Shown here piece after piece: positions 26,794 through 40,898 of a stretch of 64,000 nt of DNA (positions within the stretch are counted from its first letter, which is position 1; every line of letters begins with the position of its first letter). The position numbers and the translations under genes are program-made. This DNA is from Bigelowiella natans CCMP2755 (Eukaryota; Protista; Cercozoa): NCBI GenBank assembly GCA_000320545.1, contig ADNK01000697.1, positions 150,480 to 214,479 of the forward strand, in the 5' to 3' direction. The notes beneath the pieces were generated by a model. That model saw nothing but the letters and a program-made list of their open reading frames with translations, had not been told where the DNA came from and ran no database searches.

Positions 26794-29700
26794 CAGCAGC
26801 ACATCATTTGCGGTCAGCTTCGAAAAAATCTCGTCACATCCACATTATTATATTCACAGCAGCACATCATTTGCGGTCAGCTTCGAAAAAATCTCGTCAC
26901 ATCCACATTATTTGGAAGGTTGAAGAGCATACCTTCGTTTCGCCGCTTTGTGATACCTCCAGCCCTTCCACGACATTGCTCTTAATGCTGCTGGCTCTCG
27001 AGTGCCGAAGGCTCCGCTGATGCTCGGTTCTCTGGCGAAACCTGTTGGCGTGAGCCTGCGCCCTCCAGTTGATGAACAGGTTGCAAAGAGCTCTCTGGCC
27101 TCTTAGAGAAACGACATCGTCGGCAGCCATCCGCATTCGGATGCAACGCCGCGCTTTCTGCACCCATGTGCTCAAGAATCGTCGTTGCATTTCATCTCGG
27201 CACCGGAAGAAGAAGCTCTTCACCCGCGTCTTGTAGGCAAGATGCAGACGCCACTTTCTGAGCACGGTCTGCCCTCTCTTAACGGCCTGGGTGAGATGTC
27301 AGTCACAACAACCCAACGCATCAGCAATCAAGATGAAAAACACAAAAGGAGGAGGAGGAGGAGGAGGAGGCAAAGTAATGGGAAATTCCAAAGTTTTTTG
27401 ATAATAAATACTTGCAGTGGCTGGCGTCATCATAGCAATTAGTTACGAATGATGGGTCTTTGAGCACAGTAGTCAACTTCTATCAAAACTTACCAGGTAC
27501 AAATGCATCTGCGCTAGCAACGTGTTTCGTGTTCTCCTCCGACTCCTCATCGACCCATGCCACGATTGGAAGGTCAGCTCCATCGCTCGATGTGCCCTCA
27601 TCAGGCCCACAGAATGCCTGCAGCTTCGCCAGCCGCTCCTCACGCGCTGCTTTGGTTTGAAGATGCAACGTTCTCATTCGGTGAAAGCAGCTTGACAGCT
27701 TGGCGTGTGCCCGGATGGAGAGGAAACTATTCCCCACTCTCCTAGTCTCAATACGGAGCTTCTGCGCAAGGACGAGGGCTCTGAAGGCATCGAGCTGCAG
27801 CCTTCGTTCACGATTTGCTGCTACGAGAGCCGCAGTCTCCTCACACCGGAGCATGTGAGCGGTACGTTTCCAGCGTCTCATCGCAAGGCCTACCACCAGC
27901 CTCCGATAGCTTAGATTGAGCCGATGGGCATTTAGCCATGAAGCGAAGCAACGGCTGGCCACCTGTTTCGCCCTGCTTTGCTGATATAGTAGCAGACACG
28001 ACTGCAGTGAAGCTTTCCTTTCTAACCGAGAGCGAAGAAGATACACCCAAGCCCGTAGAGCCGTCCTTGAATGACGCAACTGTGCCAATCTCACCACGGC
28101 AGCTCCAACGCTTTTGAGGCGGGCTGTAGATTGAGAGCGATTGCGCCATGCCGCCAAGGCAGCCCTCCGCCGTATCCTTCGAACGATGTTTCTCGCAGCC
28201 CCCTCCCTGAGAGCCAAGAGGTGGTTTCTCACGTACCTTTGGGCGACCCTCGCACGCAAATGAAAGGCGGTGGCGCGGAGGCTCACACGATGCCGCGTCG
28301 CTCCCCTCCACCTATTGATTGCGCATGACCGCTTGTATTCCTCGAATAACATGTTGCTTTGGCCATATGCGAGCTGCGAGCGAATAGAGGCCCTCCTCCA
28401 CGCCAAGAACGCCTCTCTGAGGCGTGCCCTTGCTGCTCGGCGCTGCTTGAGCGCTATTCTCCACGTCCTGAAGGCTGTCTGCTTTGCTCGAGCCCGTGCG
28501 TTTCCCCTTGCTGCCGCTGCTATCCTCCAGGGAACAAGAACCCGTTTGTACGAACGGAGCGTGCCCAAAGCCACTACCTGAGCGCAGACTTTCTCGGTTG
28601 CCCTGCGGTGATTGAGGTGCTTGAGCCAGGTCGCTAGGATGCTCCTCGTCCGTCGCATTTTGCAGCCCTTTCGTACGAGCTGGAACGCCCTTCCGCATGA
28701 CCAGATGTGAAGAGAAAATCGCAAAACCATAGCTTTTCTCGCTGCCAAGTGCTTCGCTAGTCTCGCCTCTAGCACACACCCGTGCCACCTCACAACCGCT
28801 GCTCTCGAGAGACCGCGGATCAAAACCGAGTCAACAGATGCGGAAAACCTTGCTGATTTCCTGCGTCTCTCCAGAGCGTCTTTCCATTGAAGGTACGACT
28901 TACGGAGTTGTTTTGATTTCCCATTCTTTGCTTCGAATAACTGGAGGAGGAGCCGTTCGTTGGCCATCCGCCCTTGTCTAGCCTTCCAGGCTCTTAGGCA
29001 CACGAGTGTACGGAACATATCTGCTCTCCTCGCTCGCTGGCTCTTTGCTTCTCTCAAAATCTTGCGTCGGCGAGAGAATTGCATCCAGCGTTGCACCGCC
29101 ATATCGGTGGATTTTGTGCAGAAATCCGCGTACGCTTCGTCGCTAGCGCGTTTCAAATGCAACCTACCCAGACAGCATTGAAGTGCGCACAGGAAATCAT
29201 ATCAGTGAATGAACGCGTATCATCCAGACGCATGCAACGCGGTGCAATGGGCGATGTACAACATTTGGGCGGTCAAAGCGTACCGTTTCGATCGCGTGTG
29301 CCAGTCCTGCAGCATCCCCTTCACCCTGAGCAGCGTCGTGTTAACGATGACGGTCGTGGTGATTCCATGCCGCATTTTCTTCACTCTGAGAGCACGCCTC
29401 CAAGCCGAAAACACCTGGGAGCTCCTCCGCGAAATGAGAAATTGTAGGGCCTGCTTCGTGGACCTGGAATAGCGGGTCCAAGCTCGGAAGATCCTCGGTT
29501 TCACCTTGTGCTGTGCATAGCTTTTCAGGAGTCTTCGATTCTCTTGTTGAGACTTTACAGCCTGCTCCCAGGATGTCAGCGCTCCGTGGAGGAGGCGTTG
29601 CACATGCGACGAGAGGACGCATTCCGCCGCCTCTCTGAGAGTCTTGTAGCGTGCGTTTAGGCGGGAGGCCGTTGTCCAGCTCCTTAGTACAAGCGCCTTT

Positions 29701-29895
29701 AAGTTGCACGCACGAAGTCTGCAAACACTGATCGCTCTCAGTCGAAGCTGGTGACGCCTATTGGGTGTGCGGGATGAGATATGATAAATATATGAATATA
29801 ATACATATTCATATATGTTGAATCGAGCAAAAAATAAAAGAGAGAGCTGCTTTGTAACACATAAAACTATACATGTATGTCTATACACTACAAAT

Positions 29896-29955
<60 letters not shown>

Positions 29956-32900
29956 CGTAATATACGGAATGAAGTATCACCTCATACTGAGGTTTCTCCA
30001 TTCAGCCCACACGCCTCGAAAGCGCTTGATTCTCATCCCGGTGGCCCATACACGGATTCGACGTCTCCAGCGTGCAAGCTCCCTCCAATGGAAAAGAGCT
30101 GCGTTGGCTCGGTTCAGTTGGCAGTCGATTTGGACATGAGAGACAAGTTCCTGCCTTCGCGCCATCTTGCTGTTCCATCGTCTCCATATCGTCCGTAGAT
30201 AGCTGATTGTCGCGCAGTTTTTCATCATCTTTGCGTGCTTACGCTCAGCTCGTTTGTGCATTGCGGCCGAAAACCACGCAGTGAACCGCCATCCTACGGC
30301 TTTGTTAAAATAGAGCTGCGACGCATGCTGGTGGTACGCCCTGCGCCTTCTCGCTGAATGGAACGCGTTCACCCACCGCGACATGCAACCGCCTAGGGTG
30401 CGAAGCCTTCTCGTCTGGACCAGCCTCCTGTCAGATCTCCGCAACCGCGAAGTGCGGCGCCATGAGTGGAACAAGCGCTCGAATTTATGCTGTCTCCACC
30501 GAATGCACGACTGCTCCCACTGTGAGGCCCGGGAAGCCCTTCCCCGCCAAACGTTGAGCCAACGACGCGTGGAGTGTATATCAGCTGCGAAGAGCTCTGT
30601 TCGTCGGCGGGCTGCCAAACCACACCAGTCCGTTAATACACACGTACACACGCACACACACACACAAACAGCAACACAACGGACAGCGTATGCTGCTGCC
30701 TCTTGCAGCAGAAGCCTCCTTTTCGAGGCGACGACTCGCAAGAGAAGAGAAAAAGGAAATAAACCGCGCTCTAACAGCTTTCGCAGCGATCATTTTTGGC
30801 ATACATGAAGCAAGGGGTTGAGTCTAAATCCCCTTTCACTTCCATATCCTCCTGAGGCATTTGTTGTCTTCCAACTATTCAACCCCCCCCCTTCCGTATT
30901 ATTTTCCATGACTTACCACTTGCAGCTGAGACTCTCGACCACAGCTCGAGGCATTTCTGTATCTTCTTTTGTCTGAGCATGCTTTTCACTGCGACTTCGT
31001 GCTCTGCCAAGAGGTGAGTGTTATGGTGTACGTGGACCCAAGCTCCGAAGCTTCCCCTCACAAGTCGCCTATCACGAGCAGAGTCGGCCTAGGGTAGTAT
31101 GGTTGGGTTGGTGGGTGTAGGAACATGATCATGCATGCCTCTTGTCTAATATGTCACCTTCACTACCTTTCGTATTCTTCTTTGCTCCCTTTTCTCTCTC
31201 CTCTCCCTGTCGCTTCTTGCTCGAGATCGCCACCACCGTATAACCGAGCAGACGCGGTGCTTCTGGGCAGCGTTTCTCATAATGACGCTCCGCTTGCTCG
31301 CCGTGATCACAGCCTTCCAGCTACGGATAGACGCCAGCAGTTGGAGCCCTCTCTGCCGCTTCCTAAACTTGCTCAGCGCGTACCAGGTGGAGAGATTGAG
31401 CTTCTTTTTGGCCCTTGTTGAGGATGCAATTGCGCGTTGGGCCTGCTGCTTCACCAGCCTAGTCTTAAGGCCGAGTCGCCGCCATTCGTTTATAATCGCA
31501 GTTTTTTGTTTTATCTGACGTTTCTGTCGATGCACGCAAGCTTGGGTAACCAGGTTGAGAGCAACATGCTCGTACTGCAGCTTCCACCTGTTGAAAGCAG
31601 CTCTGAGCACACGACGGCCTCCTATCTCTTGCACTTCTACCAGGCAAATTCGCATGGCTTTTCTCTTCTTTGTTCTTGCGTTCCATGTGCTCAGCAAATG
31701 TCGCAGTCTCCAGCTATGTACCGCTTTCATAATCCGTATACTCTGAGCGCATGAGGCCTTCCAGAGGCAGACGTAGCGCCTCTGCAATATCTTTTTGATA
31801 ACATTCGTCGCTTTCGCTACAGCTGAAAGTTGTTTCCACCTTGGGAAAACTCTCTTGAGGACTAAGCCGCTTCTGAATGCATTTGCTGTCTGTACTGTTC
31901 GTATAGCTGCAATTCCGCCTCTCCAACGGTTCCAGTATCTCTGTGCGAGCATAATGTGTATTTCTCTCTCGGCTCGAGCCGCAAGGGACCTTCTCGCCAT
32001 TGCAGCACGCCAAAGCTTTAAAGCTTTTCGCTGCACAAGCTGCCGTTCGAGGGATGATAGCAGCGCAGTTCTCCGCAGGGAGTTGGCTTTGGCCAGACGC
32101 CATTGTTGGTATGCTCTCTTACTCAGCAAGTCGCGCCGGATGTGCTCGGCCCTTAATATTTCAACATAGCTTCTCTTCCAATGCTGAAAAGCTGCTGCTT
32201 TACGCCTCTCTTGTACACGTAGCTCTAAAGCCTGTGACGAGAGCCTCGTGAGCCTTCTCTCCCTCACGAAATCCACCCACAGTGCGACTGCATTGTCTTT
32301 TACCTTAAGAGCGCGAGCAGCTAGGGCGCGGTCCAGCCTAAACGCCAGCAGCATTCTGGCGGATAACAGGCTGCGCCAAAGGAAAAAGCTGTTCTGTACT
32401 AAATGAAACTGAGCGCATCTTGCCCTGGTTATGGCCTCTTTAATACGCAGATAAGAATGCCGCCGACTGTACGAGCGCCATCTCTGAAGGGCCAGCTTCA
32501 TGGAGTTTTTCACGGATTGCTTCCTAGCTACGCTCTCTACTGCCATTTCTGTGCTGGCTTGTGACCATCGGGAAAATATCTTCCTTAATGTAAGCAGTTT
32601 CTTCGTTCGGGAGGTGGTGGCCAGCCTGTCTTGAAGGAGCTGCAGGTGCTGTAGGCGATTTCGCCAGGACGAAAAGTGAACCGCAAGAAGGGACATCTTA
32701 CAGCGCCGCCGCGACATTTTCCTTCTCCGCGATTCGTGTTTCCAAAAGATGAGTAAATCCCTGGCGGATCTTGCCTTGCGGTCTTCGAGGAATCTTTTCG
32801 CCCAAAACACCTGCTTCCATTGCGAGAAATGGACAGCTAGTGCTCTCTGTCTGCGGAAGGCGACCTGATTGTTTTCGAGCAAGCTGGAGACACGCGTAAG

Positions 32901-34420
32901 CCGCAATGCGTTCTTCCACGAGGAGAAGGCATTGCGAACGAGGAAGGTCTTTTCTAGAGTAAGAGCGGAGGTGATAGCGCATGTTTGTCCATGCCATTGG
33001 TTGTATCGGCTTCGAAGGTTCCACCGCGCCCAATGGATCAGAGCTTTCAGCGTTTGCTGTTGGGATACTCTAGAGCATCGTGCCTTTCTTTTCCAACAGG
33101 ATATAGAAGTCTTCACTCGATAGTTCATTAGGTGCTGTTGAGCGTGTCGCTCTGCTTTCAGCGTTGACCTTGAAGTTAGAACCCACGGTGCCCATACACG
33201 CTGCAACACGATTCTTCGCCAATGCGACGTAGCTTTGCTATTCTTCATATCGTTGACCTCTCTTCGGATCCTCCTTTCCCTCTCGATATGAAACTCTCTC
33301 CGCCATCGATTGAAACACATCTTCACTCGCATAAAATCGCAATAGAAGTTGTCGCTACTTCTGTTACTCCTACTATCTCGTCCCCCTCCTCCACCCTCTC
33401 TTTCCTGATCGTCTTCTTCAAGGTCTAGAATGGATAGCTTAGAAGATTCGAAGGCCGCGGAGATGCTTTCACGCCGAAACGATGAGGTAGATGGATATGA
33501 AATCCACTGAAGGGAACGCTTCGCTTCTGCGGTGTTATTGTCTTGTGCTACTAATACTTCTTCGGGCTTATTCCGCCACAACCGGCTTGGTGATGTTGCT
33601 CTATGACTGCTACTACTGTACATTTTCCCGGATATTCTCGCCCTTTCAGGTGAACTTTCTCCAATTGAATGTTCGGCTGTGTATTCCGTCGGCGCATTAG
33701 ACACTCTAGTAACATGCTCGCCCTAAATTTAATCGTAACATGCGTTGATAGCGTGAGTATGATGCGACGGAAGAAACGATGGATTTTTAATCTGAGTACA
33801 CCAATTATTGATTCACGAACCATATTACGAAAATCCGCCATCTTGTCCAAGAACCCGTCCCTGCTATTGTCGGTGATGTTGAAGACGAGATCAGTTTCTT
33901 TGAGGTGCCGACGGCTGTTCCCTAGTGAATGTAAATGCAGGCTCTTCGATGGGGCAATTGCAACAAAATCCGATGAAGACTTTTCGTCAATGGTGATAGC
34001 AGGTGATCCGTTTGATTCAGGAGAATCTAGCCGAGCCAATATTTTGTAATGCCTCTCCTGTGTTGATAAAAAAGTGGATGCAGTTGTTAAGATGATTCGA
34101 CACTTATATGTCTTGCGTGGTCTCGTGGTGTACCGCGAAGAGGCTTTGCAACTTCTCGCTCCACGTCGTTCCTTTAGAGGTTGAAAGCTCCAAGATTTGT
34201 TGATGAAAGAACGAATCTTCAGTGTGATCGATTCCATGTTCCGTGAGCACTCTCTGGAGATGGACAGGATGTATGAGCAAAAAAATTCTACTATGGATTC
34301 ACAGTGCACCTTGTACGATTGAAGGAGGATGCCGAGAAGTGGTGTTCCCCCCACAGTATTTTGATCGGCATGATTCGCAATATCCCCGAGGATCTTCAGC
34401 ACTGGGATGTTCTCTGTCAT
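25956..34420 (-). CDS. SFI1: SFI1-like centrin-binding protein, very long, with dozens of Trp-containing repeats
   Basis: ORFs 31146-33704, 29977-30741, 29220-29888, 27483-29162 and 26897-27265 carry regularly spaced A-x7-LL-x3-F/L-x2-W(K/R)-type repeats. The spliced N-terminus LLQSYKRVLTEHGIDHTED...HYKILARL resembles the Sfi1 N-terminal motif. The 3' end is approximate. Confidence 0.8.
26196..26340. repeat. Imperfect ~58-bp direct repeat (period ~85 bp)
   Basis: tgcata.ctacatta(ta)ggatgac.attgaaaaaat.ta..catttcattacatccgtct occurs twice. Confidence 0.8.
26786..26912. repeat. Exact 63-bp tandem duplication in an SFI1 intron, next to (AT)n
   Basis: tatattcacagcagcacatc...cacatccacattat occurs twice, at 26786 and 26849. 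Confidence 0.9.
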
Positions 34421-34690
34421 TATCGCATAGCTACTAGTTAGTGTGGCGGGCCCAGGAGATCGTGCTTGCTGAAATGTGGATCCGAGGTTTCTTGTTTGTC
34501 AACGCACCAAAAGTGTCCTACGTTTTGACATCTGCGACATTCCAATGAGCTGGTATTCAATTAAAAATGAGTGGATGGCGGGAAATCTTGAGAAAATGTA
34601 CAAAAACTCGAGAGAATCTCTGGATTTAACTCTTAAAATTATCGGAAGGCAACCTCCTTACAAAAGCAAGTGCTCACATTTCATCGATCC

Positions 34691-37629
34691 ATGAAATCAG
34701 AGCTTGAGGAGGGAGAGAAATCAAAGGAATCACCTGACAAAACCAACGGTGTACAGGCTACTCGAGATGGTGGAAAGTTCGTTGGGACCCACCCAGCCTC
34801 GCCAAACGATTTTAAAGAGCTTGACGAAAAAACCTATCAGAATTTTCTTCAGAGGCACAAACTCTGCAGTGTGTTATCGGAGATCCCTTCTTCTTCACTA
34901 GTGAATTGTCAACATTTTCCATCAGAGATTAGATCAGCAACTACTGAACTCTTCGAGCAATCATGGAAGACAAGCTCACTCGTTTATGCCATCGCGGCCG
35001 ATGTTCAACGTGGTGTGGCGAAGGCAATTAAAGAAGGTAGGATCGAAGAAGCTTCGGATCTTGAAGTAAATTCAAGGCATCTTTTGCTTGCAGCTAGCAA
35101 CTCATTGGCAAAAATGTTGTCTAAGTGCAGAGCTATTGCCAATCAGAGATCAAATAGCTACCCTTCCAACATATATTTTTCTACCCCTGACGACGCTCGG
35201 AATATTACACAATTCATTCCAGAAGCGAAAACAGACCCGTCGCATTCGCAATCGACTTGTGACACACAAGAAGCTGCTTATCATGTTCAAACCGAGCCAT
35301 ACGAGGTGGAAGATGAAGAGGAGGAAGATATTCATAGTCTGAACGACCGAAAAAGGAGCAACAAGAACCCCACGTAATTGCAAATGCTAAGTAGTTTGAT
35401 AGTATTTGAATCGTGATGAGATGGGATGGAATACTTCAAACAACACAGGTACAACGAATGCTACATTAATATGGATGCAAAAACTTTAAAACAATCGACG
35501 AAGAACACGAAGGTGGAATCGTTTGTATATAAATCATCCGACGTGGAGGCGCTAGAAAAGATAGGGGAGGGAAATTTCTCAACTAATTGGAGAGCACGGA
35601 TCATAGGAAATCCGGAGAGGCCAGAACTTGCGGTAGCGCTCAAGGTTTTAGATCATATAAATCAAATAGGCATGCAAAGCTAATCTCCTTTACAATATAG
35701 ATTCCGAAGGATGGCGTCTCGTCAGATGAATTAAAGAAGGAGATGATGGGTACAAGGCTTAAGTTGCACGCTAATGTCCATTGATGTATATGATGCCATT
35801 AGGTTTGTTGGCGGTGGCTGGCCAGATAAATATCATGAACTTTCTAGGAGTAATGGTTGACAAGAATGGTTCACAAAGCTTTCTCACTGAATACTGTTCT
35901 CGTGGTAGCCTGGACACCCTCCATGGTAGTGTTGACCTGAGGGATGAAAAGTACTTCTGGAAGATCGCTACTGGATTGCTCCTCGCCGTCGTCCATTTGC
36001 ACGAGTTAAAATTAATTCATAGGTTGTTACCACTGGTACTGTAGGTTGATTGCTTGCAATGAGTTAACATTTCGTTGTTGTAAACAGGGACATCGCATGT
36101 CGAAACATTCTAGTCACAGAAAATTGGGAGGTCAGGCTTGCTGATTTTGGATTGACAGTGAGAGCCCCTACAGGGCAGGTTCACATTAAGCCTAATGAGG
36201 CTCTGCCCTGGCCTTGGATGGCTCCTCATACTCTGAAAGAGAAGGCTTTCACTTTTCGCTCCGATATCTACTCTGTTGGCGTGACGCTTTGGGAGGTACT
36301 TACAAAGGGCAAAGTTCCTCACGCAGACCAGGATGGGGTGTTGGATTACGGAATCGTCGATCAGATAATAGAAGGCAAACGAAAATTACACGTACCTACA
36401 GAGTACGAGCCAACGAAAATGGGTAGGTTGGTGAAAGAATGCTTCAAATCCGATAAAAGTGCATATCTCCTAGTTGCACACTTGGTCCCAGGAGGACTCC
36501 AAGCATTGATTGAATCTGGCTCTCCAGATGCAAAAAGTCGTGCCGAAGACTGGATTCCGCAATTAATGGTAGGGCATCCTATTTATTCGATTTATAGAGA
36601 GTAACGGGTATGTTATTGCACAGATTGACGGAAGGGATTTCAGCATTGTTATTGAGGTAGACGGGTTAAAGTTTGCAGCCACATGGAAGCCTAATCAATG
36701 GCCGGAAAGCATCATGTTGAACACATTTGAGACAAAAGAAACTTTTCTAATTGTTGATCCTCGAAAGGCTATGGCCCTTACACCTGCCAAGAAGGTCCCT
36801 GGATGTGTTCTCTCCATTCCTTTGAACCCAAACGATGCGAGCCAAAAATGGCATTACGATGCAGAAACGAAATCAATTGTAAACGTATCAACGGGGCAAA
36901 AATTGGACTTACAAATTATGAAAGGCAACCAAAAAAACGAGCAGGTTAAGATAATAGCAACATCCAACGGTTCCAGTTCCGATGAAAAGTTGTCTCAATG
37001 GATTTACGAAAGTTCAACAGGAACAATAAGGAATCGAAAAACTGGAAGCGGATGCCTCGTTGGAATTTCAAAGTATGACGTCACAATAGGTGATTCGCCA
37101 CAGAAATGGGTCATTCTGAAACATTGCGACGAAGTCTACGATATTGAACTTCCGGCAGGTGAAAGTTTACACATCAATGTGTCTGTAGGATTGAACTGAG
37201 TCAAAATATTTTGTAGGTTTCAATAGCCATAATGTCACAGTGGTGCCTTATGATCCAAAGGATGAGGATCAGCACTGGAGATGGAAAAGAGAGAGTGGTG
37301 GTAGTATTGTTCACAAAAAAAGCGGGAAACACCTTGACGTCTTTCAAGGCGAGAGACGGTCCCCATTGTGCGTGTGGAGAGCTCATGGAGCAGAGAATCA
37401 GCAATTTGAGTATCACACAAAGATGAAGAAGCTACGTAACTATTTTCTCGAGGCTGATAACGACCACTCCGTGGTTGTGTTGGTTGACCAGAAGCAAATC
37501 TCAGGTGAGAGATTGTATGAGATGCACACGTATGAGACTGAAATGAAAAGTGACGGGAAGTATCCAAATTGGGTTACTCCTTCTAATTTCGAGTTGATCC
37601 CTATTTCTAGTGAGGGTACCTGCAGCTAG
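34691..37629 (+). CDS. Tyrosine kinase(-like) protein kinase with C-terminal ricin B-type lectin (QxW) repeats
   Basis: Kinase motifs: IGEGNFS, VALK, IHRDIACRNILV (across intron 36022-36088), LADFGL, LPWPWMAPHTL, DIYSVGVTLWEVLT. Lectin motifs: SQKWHYD, SQWIYE, PQKWV, DQHWRW, HLDV...CVWRAHGAENQQF. Confidence 0.85.
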
Positions 37630-38270
37630 TGTACTGCGTAACAAATATTTTTGAATGATTCTGATGACCCTCGATCGTCCCATCCTTTTGTAGCGTTTAC
37701 TGCCAGCAATGTTTCACGATCATCTAGTTATCTAGTCATGCATGCCGACTAGCCGAGTATGCTAGTATGCTGAATGAACAGTGCTGTGCATGAGTTTATT
37801 GCGCTGATGTGGCGGATGCTGTTCACATGCAATTGTGAATTGTTTTATTAAGCTGTTGCAATATCGCAGCAGCATCCCACCCCATAATATCGCTAGATGG
37901 GGTACGTTGTATGCATGTTAGCGCGCAATCTGTGCGAATAGCAAAACGTACAAGCAGCTATCTAGCTATGTCTGGTTGCAACTATTCCTAACATGCATGC
38001 TACCGCCATGTGTGCAAAGATGCACGTCGTTATTTGATATGCATGCTTATTGGGTGCAGGCCTGACGCAGACTACGAGAAATAAGTAAGCAGAATTAGAG
38101 TAGTGCGTCTACATGCTATGCTAGCATGACGCTCTAGCACATTATGAATAGGTACCATTTACCATCGTTATGTTATTGCGGATTATGTACGCACTTGATG
38201 CTTGCCTGGCATTGGCACTATTCGAGGACACTGCTACATGCCTCGATGATCTAGATATGATATGCGATCA
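37630..38270. other. CTAG/CATG/TGCA-rich tract between convergent 3' ends (kinase / BET)
   Basis: Dense catgcatg, gctag and tgca words; no credible ORF. Confidence 0.75.
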
Positions 38271-38357
38271 GTTTTCATGACATAAAACAAGAATTTTATT
38301 TTATTAACTTTCAATATTTTGGCAAAGCATGCAAAGAGGTGGCCATATTTCGCGAAG

Positions 38358-40898
38358 TTAGTCGAGGTGGTTCAGCAGTTTTTTTATGGTAGAAGAATCC
38401 AATTTTCCAATTTGGATTGTAATTTCCTTTCCATTTTTCTGAAAATAATCACGAATACATTCAGCGCTACGATAAAAAAATTCTTTTTTTGTTTGCGAGA
38501 TAACCAGTTCCATGGCGGCAGGGCAAAGCTTCTGAACATGCGTGACCAACTCAGCCAACTTTTGGTTGTCGTCAATAGTCTAAGAATTGGTATTTAGCCA
38601 AAAGCAACTCTCGTCAGAAATTGTATTGATCGCACGATCATAGTCGATACATAAAAATGTTCCTAAGTTCTTGTTACTCGAAGTGCGTCGCAGAACTTTT
38701 GCCTTTCTGTGTTTGAACCTCCCCTACAGACAGTGTCAAAATCATCGATTTAAATATTAAAAAAAGGCATAATAGTAGCGGATACAGTTGAAACATAATA
38801 CGTCATAATTTATCCCTTCTGGTGGTATTCACAATTTATCAGGCCAACACCACAAATATATATCCATCGCTTCTTACTTATTTATCTTCTTGAATTTTTT
38901 CTCGAATGAATCGAGGAACTTCTTGGCGGCTAAATATACGTCAGATCCTGGCTGATTGTACTCCATCGCGTTATTCCATATCAGTCGCATATCTGAATAT
39001 CACAGGAAGTAAGTTTATCCGGAAGTCTCAATCTTCCCGAAAAGCTATGGAATGTGTAAGTATCTTCTCTTCCTAACTTTTCGCTCTCCCCAATATAACT
39101 TACTCTCGCCATTTCTCTCGGAACAACTGTACCTTCGGCAAAATCGTCCAAAGTTGCATACTGGTTGTTCGATACATTTTTACTAAGGGTCCCTGGATTA
39201 CGTATAGGAAATGATAGAAGCAAACATCAAGGGCTAAACAGCGAAGAAATAGAAGAAGAAAAGAGGAAGGGGAAAGAAAAAAGAAGAAATGTCCGTTTCG
39301 AATTTCCTCTAGGGTTCCGATTTTAGTGTCTTTCTGAAAGAGAGGTGAAAAACAAAAAGTGTGGGGAGCTAATACCTAGATCCATTGGATGCTTTATAAT
39401 AGTCGGATAATCTGGAAGTTCCAATGCCTTCCAATCGACGGGGTCTAAGAAAATATCGACCCCTTCCTTCCCCTGAAGATGACCACAGAGGACAGGGGAG
39501 AGAGAGAGAGAGGGGGGGGAAGAGAGGTTATAGCTTCTAATCGATAACAAGAAACAATCATATACTTCATGACATCAACTAAAATTCGTCGAGATACATT
39601 ACCTTCAGATAGGCTATGATGTCCTCGCACTCCTTCTTGTTGCTCTTTGTGGACTTGTCAGTCTTTTTCTCTGATTTCGCCACCATTTTCCCTTCCTTTC
39701 CTGGCTTTTGCTCTGAGCTTCGCGCAGGTTTTTTGTCCGAATTTTTACCTGGCTTCTTGTCCGATCCGGAGGTTTTTTTCTCTGAATTTCGCGTCTTAGC
39801 CCGCCTGATTGATATTGAACAAATACGAACAGAAACAACAACAACACCAACAACAACAACAAGAATACAAATTCCAGAGTGAGCAGAATCCTGACGTTAT
39901 ACAATCGAATTTGATGTGACCCAAAAGCAGAAGATTGGCAGATTAGTCGACATGTTTGCCTCAGAAAATATTTTAAGTGGAAGCATGTTCGCATCAAAAG
40001 AGTGATTTTGTTCAGATGGCCCCTACTTCCATTCTTCATCGACACATGAATGACAAAATGACTTTAGAACAAGAGTTCGCAGCATCATAATTACAGAGAA
40101 CATGCAGCACAATCTGATCAGCATGAAGAAATTAACGGTAAATTTCCACTTTGCTATCAGTTCATTGTGCGCCACCCCCCTTCACATAAATTACTTTCTT
40201 GCGGGAGCAGGGGTTGATTCTGCTGCGGATTCTTTCTGTTTCCTTTCGAATTCTTCAATATCCTTGAATTTACGGTTGAACATATTGCTCAACGACAAAG
40301 CATCTCTGTGGATATCCGACCCCTCCACATTGTATGTCATTGTGTTGTCCCAGATAAGACGCATGTCCTTGGCGAAACCTAAAAGCAAACAGCCAGGTAT
40401 CGGATTAGCGACAAAAATTGTGCGCTTGCACATCGATTCAAAAACTCTTGAGAGTCAACATCCCCACATAGCTAGCTTTCGTAGTCCTTACTACCGTCAA
40501 TGTCTTTGTATTTGCCGTTGGTAAGCTTCCTCTCCACGGTGCCGAGGTCCATGGGTTGCTTGATGATCTTCGGGTAATCATCAAGGCCCAACGTCTTCCA
40601 ATCCACAGGGTGTAAAAATACCTCTGCATCGGACCGGCTCTAAAGCCATCAATCGGAACACAGACGAGCACCCCATAATTATCATTCGATGCAGTCAGCT
40701 TTGCGGCAACACAATGTTCAAAATGCCATGCCCAACCACATAAAAACACAGCTCAAAGAACGGTTAATAGTTTGAATGTGAAGGGGACTCGACGGTTACC
40801 TGGATAGCAGTGAGGAGTTGAAGACAGCGCTGCATTTCCTGAGGCAGGTTGCTGGCTGCGTTTCTGGAGCGACGCCGTTTCCGCTGAGAGTCACTCAT
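38358..40898 (-). CDS. BET-family protein: two bromodomains + ET domain
   Basis: BD1: [28 protein letters not shown]...[15 protein letters not shown]2: [27 protein letters not shown]...[10 protein letters not shown]-terminal [17 protein letters not shown] is ET-like. Confidence 0.88.

Noticed and set aside
26786-26912. Direct repeats as a CRISPR-like array
   Set aside because: Two abutting copies, no spacers, eukaryotic intron context.
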